Below the pieces are notes generated by a model. It made no database searches, was not told where the DNA came from, and saw nothing but the letters and a program-made list of their open reading frames with translations. Shown here piece by piece: positions 57,558 to 64,000 of a stretch of 64,000 nt of DNA (its first letter is position 1; each line of letters begins with the position of its first letter). The stretch is from contig JBBQRQ010000002.1 in the NCBI GenBank assembly GCA_038214755.1, positions 64,001 through 128,000 of the forward strand. Reading direction: 5' to 3'. The translations under genes and the position numbers were made by a program. Source of the DNA: Verrucomicrobiota bacterium (lineage in GTDB: Bacteria > Verrucomicrobiota > Verrucomicrobiia > Limisphaerales > CANJXF01).

Positions 57558-58958
57558 ATGAACACGGGACAAAATAATTTGGCGGGCACAGGACGTCGCT
57601 GCATCAATCCACCGCCGAACATCGCGCATGGAGGCTGGGGCGCGCAGAAGCACGAACAGGCGGAGGGCATCGACATGGATTTGTGGGTGACGGCGTTGGC
57701 GTTGTCGGACCACACGACGACGGCAATCGTGCTCGATGTTGACATTCAAATTCTGACCAACCAACGCGCTGATCAAATTCGCAAAGCCGTGAGCAACGCG
57801 ATAAAAATTCCGATTCAAAATATTCGCGCCTCGGCCACGCACACTCATTCCGGGCCGGTGCCGTATAAAAGTTGGATCGAAAAAGGTTTCGAGATGGTCG
57901 AGCCGTGGTTTGAAAATCTGGCGCGCTGGGCGGCCGAAGCGGCCATGGAAGCGATGGCGAATTTGCAGCCGATTGAAGCGCGCGCTGGACGCGGCCAATG
58001 TCACATCAACACCAATCGTCGCGCGGTCACGGCGAGCGGTGAACGATTTCTCGGAATCAATCCCGACGGCACTTGCGATCACGAAGTTCTCCTCGTGAAA
58101 CTGGATTTGCTCGACGGAAAAACTTTGGCGACACTGGTGAACTTCGCCTGCCACGCGACGATCATGGGCCCCCCTTGCCGAGTGATTACGCCCGATTATC
58201 CCGGCGCGATGAAACGTGTGGTCGAGGCGGCGCTCGGCGGAAAATGTTTTTTTCTGCAAGGCGCAGCGGGCGATCAAGGGCCGCTGCAAAGTTTTATTGC
58301 GGACACTTCCGTTTACAAAAAACTTGGCGCAATCCTTGGACATGAAGTGGCAAAAATCGCGTTGAGTTTGAAGAGTATTCCGGCCACGCCGAAATTTCGT
58401 GAAGTGATTCCCTCCGGCGCGCCCCTCGGCATGTACGATTGCGAATTTCCTCCGCTCAAAACGACTCCCTTGCGCGTGATGGAGAAAGAAATTTCCGTTC
58501 CATTGCGCGAAGGCCTCCCGGAAAAAACAACCGCTGCTGAAAAACTGGAATTTTGGAAACAAAAACTGACAGTCGCACGCGAGAAGAACGATACAGTTGC
58601 GATCACCGAAGCGACTTATATGGCGCGCCGCGCGGACATTCAATTGCGCATGGCCGATGATTTTGGCGGCAAAAGCAACGCCGGAGTGCGCACGCATTTT
58701 GTCACGTTCGGCGATGTGGCCATGGTCGGTTGTAACATTGAGCCATTTGCAGAAACAGGTCTGGCGATAAAAAAAGCGTCGCCCTTTCCAATGACGTTTA
58801 TGTCCGGTTACACCAACGGGCGCATGGCCTACATGGCGACGGCGGAGGAGTGGCCGAAGGGCGGATACGAAGTGGAGAATTCGCCATTTGGTCAGGACGC
58901 GGCGGAAGTTTTTCAGAGCGAAATTTTAAAAATCCTGAGTGCGCTGCGACAAAATTAG
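57558..58958 (+). CDS. Neutral/alkaline ceramidase N-terminal-like hydrolase
   Basis: ATHTHSGP, NFACHAT, QGAAGD. Confidence 0.7.
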   Translation: MNTGQNNLAGTGRRCINPPPNIAHGGWGAQKHEQAEGIDMDLWVTALALSDHTTTAIVLDVDIQILTNQRADQIRKAVSNAIKIPIQNIRASATHTHSGPVPYKSWIEKGFEMVEPWFENLARWAAEAAMEAMANLQPIEARAGRGQCHINTNRRAVTASGERFLGINPDGTCDHEVLLVKLDLLDGKTLATLVNFACHATIMGPPCRVITPDYPGAMKRVVEAALGGKCFFLQGAAGDQGPLQSFIADTSVYKKLGAILGHEVAKIALSLKSIPATPKFREVIPSGAPLGMYDCEFPPLKTTPLRVMEKEISVPLREGLPEKTTAAEKLEFWKQKLTVAREKNDTVAITEATYMARRADIQLRMADDFGGKSNAGVRTHFVTFGDVAMVGCNIEPFAETGLAIKKASPFPMTFMSGYTNGRMAYMATAEEWPKGGYEVENSPFGQDAAEVFQSEILKILSALRQN

Positions 58959-59150
58959 CATTTTGGAAATCGTGATTTAACATCTTCGTTCTCTCGCAAC
59001 AACCCGCATCCCGCATTTCATGCACGCGATCTTTTTTTGTCGGGTCTCGCTGGTGTCATCGCATGATTACAATTTTGCGTTGGCGATTCATCCGGCCCTT
59101 GGGCGACTTGAGCGCTTGCTCGTATTGGAGCAGGCAAGTAGGATAAGCGC

Positions 59151-59384
59151 ATGAAAACCGTTACCCTTACCGCACATTTTGACGGAAAGAACATTCAACT
59201 GGACGAGCCTTTTCAGTTGCCTTCTGCGGCACGGCTTCTGGTTACGATTCTTCCCGATCCATCTGCCAATACAGAACGACAGGACTGGTCCGCGCTCTCC
59301 AAAGCCGGTTTGGCCCGTGCATACTCAGACGATGAGCCGGATTACCCCGCCAGCCTCGTCCGCATTCACAGCAATCCCCGATGA
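59151..59384 (+). CDS. Antitoxin
   Basis: AHFDGKNIQLDEP; GATGA-type overlap with the toxin. Confidence 0.7.
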   Translation: MKTVTLTAHFDGKNIQLDEPFQLPSAARLLVTILPDPSANTERQDWSALSKAGLARAYSDDEPDYPASLVRIHSNPR

Positions 59385-59731
59385 AAGAAGGCGACGTAGT
59401 GCTGACGCCCTTTCCGCAGGCGGACGGCAAAAACAAAAACCGCCCGGCGATCGTTTTGCGCGTCATGCCGCCGTTCGGCGATCTGCTGGTGTGCGGTATC
59501 AGCCGGCAGTTGCGTCACCGAGTTGCTGATTTTGATGAGGTCATTGCCATAACGGACGCGGACTTCGATTCGAGCCGCTTGATGGACACTTCGCTCATCC
59601 GGCTCGGGTTTCTCGCGCTCCTCCCCGCGTCAGAGTTCCTTGGAGATATTGGTTCGATCTCGACGGAGCGTCATCATCGTTTGCTGCGCCGTCTTGCAAG
59701 CTATCTGCAAGAGCCTGCTCTTGAACCGTAA
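59381..59731 (+). CDS. PemK/MazF-family toxin
   Basis: GDVVLTPFPQADGKNKNRPAIVL. Confidence 0.85.
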   Translation: MKEGDVVLTPFPQADGKNKNRPAIVLRVMPPFGDLLVCGISRQLRHRVADFDEVIAITDADFDSSRLMDTSLIRLGFLALLPASEFLGDIGSISTERHHRLLRRLASYLQEPALEP

Positions 59732-59918
59732 GTCGCCGCCCGTTGGTCGGCCTGCGCAAATAACCTGTTCTGGGTTTTTAAAACGGAGAAAAAGACTTTC
59801 AACTGATTTTTTTCAACTTGTTTCAGTCGCTCCGCGAACCATCCAGAAAGCCCCGCTGCCTGAGCGGGCACGTCACTTTTTCAGTAGGCAATTAATTTCT
59901 CGCTGATAAATTCGCCCC

Positions 59919-60401
59919 ATGCGCACGGTCATTTACCCCGGCAGTTTCGATCCTCTCACCAATGGCCATCTCGATGTCATCCAGCGCGCCACCAAACTTT
60001 TTGACAAGGTCATCGTGGCCGTCGCCAAAAACGAAAGCAAAAATCCGCTGTTCAATCTGCGCGAACGGCTTGCTCTGGTGAAAAAAGCCATCGCGGAATT
60101 GCCACAGGTCGAAGCCGATTCATTCGACGGGTTGCTTGTGGATTATGTCGAAAGCCGTTCAGGTCAGGCGGTGGTTCGCGGGCTGCGCGCCGTGTCCGAC
60201 TTTGAATTTGAATTTCAACTCGCGTTGATGAACCGTAAATTAAACGAGCGAGTGGAAACGATTTTCATGATGCCCAAAGACACCTACACTTTTCTCAGTT
60301 CGCGCATCGTGAAGGAAATTGCGCGATTGGGCGGTGATGTCAGTTCTTTCGTTCCCGCGCACGTGCAGGCCGCACTGAAAACAAAGTTGAGCAAGTCCTG
60401 A
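59919..60401 (+). CDS. coaD: Pantetheine-phosphate adenylyltransferase
   Basis: YPGSFDPLTNGHLD, RGLRAVSDFEFE. Confidence 0.97.
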   Translation: MRTVIYPGSFDPLTNGHLDVIQRATKLFDKVIVAVAKNESKNPLFNLRERLALVKKAIAELPQVEADSFDGLLVDYVESRSGQAVVRGLRAVSDFEFEFQLALMNRKLNERVETIFMMPKDTYTFLSSRIVKEIARLGGDVSSFVPAHVQAALKTKLSKS

Positions 60402-60441
60402 ACTGGCTTGTCAGAACTTCGGAATGCAAAAGGAGACCGTT

Positions 60442-60930
60442 ATGTCGCTACTCGTCAACCTTCGTCACCTCGAACATAAAGATGCCATTTTGAAAGGCGA
60501 TTTGCCGGTGGAAGAATTAGAATTGAATGAAGTCGATGAATTAATCCATGCGAATTACCCGCTGCAATATGACCTGGAGATTCAGCGGCTCGACGGAAAT
60601 TTATTAGCGCACGGCAAATTGCATTTGACGTTGGAATGCGAATGCGCCCGTTGCTTGAAACCTTTTCGCCGCGAATTGGACTTCAAAAATTGGGCCATTC
60701 ATCTGCCGCTGGAAGGCGAAGAAAAAGTGGAAGTGGTGGGAGATTGCGTGGACTTGACGCCTCATATTCGCGAAGATATTCTCCTGGCCTTTCCGCAACA
60801 TCCGTTGTGCGAAAATGAGTGCGGCGGACTGAAAAATCATCCTGTCACCTCCGGAAAAGAACCGAACGGGCTGGGTCAGAGTGAGGAACTCGCGTCAGCC
60901 TGGGCGGAATTAAATAAACTGAAATTATAA
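60442..60930 (+). CDS. yceD: DUF177/YceD protein
   Basis: CARCL, LC..ECGGL; upstream of rpmF. Confidence 0.85.
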   Translation: MSLLVNLRHLEHKDAILKGDLPVEELELNEVDELIHANYPLQYDLEIQRLDGNLLAHGKLHLTLECECARCLKPFRRELDFKNWAIHLPLEGEEKVEVVGDCVDLTPHIREDILLAFPQHPLCENECGGLKNHPVTSGKEPNGLGQSEELASAWAELNKLKL

Positions 60931-60934
60931 AATT

Positions 60935-61123
60935 ATGGGTGTTCCCAAACGTAAACCGTCTCGAAGCCGCCAGCGTATGCGCCGCGCCTACAACAGCGTC
61001 TTGAAATTGCCGCAACTGGGCGTCTGTCCACAATGCGCCGCGCCTACCCTCCCGCATCGGGTTTGTCCCGCCTGCGGATTTTACAAAGGCCGCCAGGTCA
61101 AGACCATCAAAGCAGCCGCTTAA
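60935..61123 (+). CDS. rpmF: 50S ribosomal protein L32
   Basis: VPKRKPSRSR, CPQC..CPACGFYKG. Confidence 0.95.
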   Translation: MGVPKRKPSRSRQRMRRAYNSVLKLPQLGVCPQCAAPTLPHRVCPACGFYKGRQVKTIKAAA

Positions 61124-61173
61124 TTCGTTTTAGGGAGCGCGGACGGATTCGTTCCTTCTGCGCTCTTTTATTT

Positions 61174-62199
61174 ATGCGAATCGCAGTCGATGTCATGGGT
61201 GGCGATCACGGGTGCGGCGTCATCATCGATGGAGTCAAGCTTGCGTTGGCCTCCAATGCGAAAATCAGTGAATTGTTTCTCGTCGGCCAACAGGAGGAAA
61301 TTCAAGCCGCGCTCGCCTCCAGCCAATTTCAGGATCACCGCCTGAAAATTGTGCATGCCACTCAGGTTCTCACGATGGAGGACAAACCGGTCGAAGGTCT
61401 CCGCCGCAAAAAAGATTGCTCCATTCTTCGCGGGGTCGAACTGGTCAAAGCAGGAAAAGCCGACGCCATTATTTCTCCAGGTAACACCGGCGGCTTAGTG
61501 GCTGCTTCCACCATTCGTTTGCGTCAGTTGCCGGGCGTGGATCGCCCCGCCATCGTCACGGTCATCCCCACCGCGAAAAATGAATTCGTTCTCCTGGATT
61601 CAGGCGCAAGCATCGAGTGCCGGCCGCTGCATCTGTTGCATTTCGCCGTCATGGGCAGCGTTTATTCCCGCGAAATTCTTGGCCGTAAAAAACCGCGCGT
61701 CGGAATTTTGAGCAATGGCACCGAAGACAACAAAGGCAACGAACTCACGCTCGAAACTTTCAAGCTTTGCAAACAGATTGATTTAAATTTTATTGGGAAC
61801 GTTGAGGGTCACGATCTTTTTCACGATCACGTTGATGTTGTCGTGTGTGACGGATTCATCGGCAACATTGTTTTGAAAACCATCGAGAGTTTTGCCAAAG
61901 GAATGAGCGCCTGGCTCAAAGACGAACTCACCAGAAATCCCAAACGAATGCTCGGCGCGGTGCTGGCGCAAAATGCACTGCGCACGATTAAAAAGCGCAT
62001 GGACCCCGACGCGTATGGCGGCGCGCCTTTGCTCGGTCTCAATGGAATTGTTATGAAAGCCCACGGCTCCGCTCGCGAACGCGCCATCATGAATGCGATT
62101 CGAATCACGAGCGAACAGATCCAGCACCAAATCAATCGTGTGATCGAAAATGAAATCGCCTTAGCCAACGCTCGGCTGGCTCCCGCGAAAGTAGCATGA
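61174..62199 (+). CDS. plsX: Phosphate acyltransferase
   Basis: IAVDVMGGD, GNTG, CDGFIGN, KAHGS. Confidence 0.95.
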   Translation: MRIAVDVMGGDHGCGVIIDGVKLALASNAKISELFLVGQQEEIQAALASSQFQDHRLKIVHATQVLTMEDKPVEGLRRKKDCSILRGVELVKAGKADAIISPGNTGGLVAASTIRLRQLPGVDRPAIVTVIPTAKNEFVLLDSGASIECRPLHLLHFAVMGSVYSREILGRKKPRVGILSNGTEDNKGNELTLETFKLCKQIDLNFIGNVEGHDLFHDHVDVVVCDGFIGNIVLKTIESFAKGMSAWLKDELTRNPKRMLGAVLAQNALRTIKKRMDPDAYGGAPLLGLNGIVMKAHGSARERAIMNAIRITSEQIQHQINRVIENEIALANARLAPAKVA

Positions 62200-63227
62200 C
62201 TTCCGCAAAGAAATTTAAAAACCCGCGAGCCCTCCACAATTTTCAGGGGCGAACCTGTTCCATCACCGCGGTTGGGTCATATGTTCCGTCCCGCGTTTTG
62301 GCCAACGCCGAGTTGGAAAAAATGGTCGATACCACCGACGAATGGATCACCACCCGCACCGGAATAAAAGAGCGGCGCCTCGCCGCCGCCGACGAATTTA
62401 CTTCCGACCTCGCCGCCAAAGCCGCCCTTGCCGCGATGGAGCGCGCGAATGTTTCCGCCGAACAAATCGAATTGATCATCGTCGCGACGATCACCCCCGA
62501 CATGCCGTTTCCTTCGGTGTCATGTCTCGTTCAGCAAAAAATTGGCGCGCGCCGGGCCGCCGCGTTTGACATCCAGGCCGCCTGTTCAGGATTTATTTTC
62601 GGCCTGGAAATCGGCCAGCAATTTATCATGTCCCGCACTTACGACACCGTTCTCGTCGTAGGCGCGGACAAACTTTCTTCTATCGTTGATTGGAAAGATC
62701 GCAACACCTGCGTCCTTTTTGGAGACGGCGCAGGCGCCGCGATTTTGCAACATCGCCCCGACGCGCACGGGTTGCTCACCGTGTGCATGGGCTGCGACGG
62801 CTCGAAGGCCGAACTTCTTTCCATGCCTGGCGGCGGCAGTCGTTGTCCCGCGACATTGGAATCGGTTGCGGCGGGGCGGCATTTCTTGCGGATGGATGGC
62901 AAAGAAACTTTCAAGAGCGCGGTCAACGCCATGTACACCGCCGCGCAGGAAGCGTTGCGCCGCTGTGAAATTGATATTTCGCAAATTAAATGCGTCATCC
63001 CGCATCAAGCCAATCGCCGCATCATCGATGCCGTGGGCGAGCGGCTGGGCGCAACACCGGAACAAGTTTTTGTGAACGTGGAAAAATATGGAAACACCTC
63101 CGCCGCTTCGGTCGCAATCGCGTTGGATGAAGCGGTCGCGGCGGGGAAAATTCATCGGGGCGACCTTGTCCTGCTTGTAGTGTTTGGCGCTGGTCTCACG
63201 TGGGGGGCAGCCGTAATCGAGTGGTAA
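62196..63227 (+). CDS. fabH: 3-oxoacyl-ACP synthase III
   Basis: AACSGF, PHQAN, GNTSAAS. Confidence 0.95.
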   Translation: MTSAKKFKNPRALHNFQGRTCSITAVGSYVPSRVLANAELEKMVDTTDEWITTRTGIKERRLAAADEFTSDLAAKAALAAMERANVSAEQIELIIVATITPDMPFPSVSCLVQQKIGARRAAAFDIQAACSGFIFGLEIGQQFIMSRTYDTVLVVGADKLSSIVDWKDRNTCVLFGDGAGAAILQHRPDAHGLLTVCMGCDGSKAELLSMPGGGSRCPATLESVAAGRHFLRMDGKETFKSAVNAMYTAAQEALRRCEIDISQIKCVIPHQANRRIIDAVGERLGATPEQVFVNVEKYGNTSAASVAIALDEAVAAGKIHRGDLVLLVVFGAGLTWGAAVIEW

Positions 63228-63271
63228 AAAAATTGGACGGCTCTTTAATCGGTGCTAAGGTTGGATTAAAT

Positions 63272-63574
63272 ATGAGCGCAAAAAAGATCAACACCTCTCA
63301 CTCACACCAAACCCATCCCCACACCCGTCTTACTGTTTCCTCGGACGCGGTTCGAATTTTAAAAAGCGGCATTGAATTCCGCGTCGCGGATGCGGTTCCC
63401 ATCTGGAGCGAAATGTCGATTGACTTGGAATACCCGGATTCCAAAAAAGTGCATTGCACAGGAGTCGTCGTTTCCTGCGACGGAAACCGCCACGCCGGAT
63501 ACGTCGTTTCTTTTTTGTTCACAAAACTTTCCCGCCAATCCGAAGCACTTCTCAGTGCGCTGGCCTACACCTAG
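63272..63574 (+). CDS. PilZ-like domain protein
   Basis: ILKSGIEF..VHCTGVVVSC..VSFLF beta-barrel pattern. Confidence 0.6.
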   Translation: MSAKKINTSHSHQTHPHTRLTVSSDAVRILKSGIEFRVADAVPIWSEMSIDLEYPDSKKVHCTGVVVSCDGNRHAGYVVSFLFTKLSRQSEALLSALAYT

Positions 63575-63878
63575 TACATTGACATTTAAAACGCCGAACG
63601 ATGCCGCCGGATTGAAACTGCTGTCGCCGCTGCCGTCGGCGTTGAGCCGGGCGATACCGGGGCGCGCGAGGCCTTTGACCGTGGTAAACGCTCCGGCAAT
63701 GATCACCTTGCCATCCGGTTGCAGCACGACGGCGTTCACCGTGCCGCTGACGCCAGAGCCGGGATCAAAGGAGAGGCCCACCTCCCCAGACGCGCCGCGC
63801 GAGTGAAAACAGAGTGCTGAGTTGCAGCAGGAGGCTGCCCGCGAGAATGAGTGTTCGGATCAGGTTTAGGTTTTTTCA
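63575..63878 (-). pseudogene. Fragment of delta-60 repeat protein
   Basis: SFDPGSG..VVLQPDGKVIIAGAF..IARLNADGSGDSSFNP; ATG at 63878 is in another frame; homology stops after one repeat. Confidence 0.6.
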
Positions 63879-64000
63879 TAAAATCATGTTCAGCGTGTTC
63901 CACCCCGACATGAGCCAAAACCCGGCAAAAAGGCTCACCCAATTTTTCTTTTCGCGGGGAGCACACGCGCCCGCGTGTTCCGACCCGCGCCCTCGCGGGT

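Noticed and set aside
59020..59035. Possible ghost of the coaD start (ATGCACGCGATCTTTT vs ATGCGCACGGTCATTT) upstream of the MazF TA pair
   Set aside because: Only 12/16 identity; it fits the duplication pattern but is too weak to claim.

Overview
Bacterial chromosome segment, most likely Verrucomicrobiota (inferred from gene content and GTAG-type palindromic repeats). Left to right it holds: DoxX; a decayed ISNCY-like IS; a MoxR/DUF58/BatA/DUF4159 operon with a TA pair inside; a minus-strand RNA-repair/tRNA-array island (15.1-23.4 kb); an MglA/MglB GTPase module with a divergent PATAN response regulator; rpsB-tsf; an NO/nitrite cluster (nirK-cytochrome c fusion, NirV-like, NnrS, hemerythrin, truncated haemoglobin, porin, PocR-AraC); prfB with its programmed +1 frameshift; pilT; aquaporin-arsC; and coaD-yceD-rpmF-plsX-fabH. 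The most unusual features are ones the ORF track misses. (1) The island is a collapsed tRNA array whose tRNAs share a non-canonical D-loop AG / T-loop TGCAA signature. It also carries a candidate structured ncRNA and a SEC-C gene that needs recoding. (2) Accessory genes (AAA-DUF4143, DUF1016, TA pairs) repeatedly sit between diverged direct copies of the host junction: three rtcB 5' ends, two HNH 3' ends, two rpsB promoters and two DUF58 starts. No integrase is present, which suggests a cassette-like insertion process. All calls were made by eye; no searches were run.
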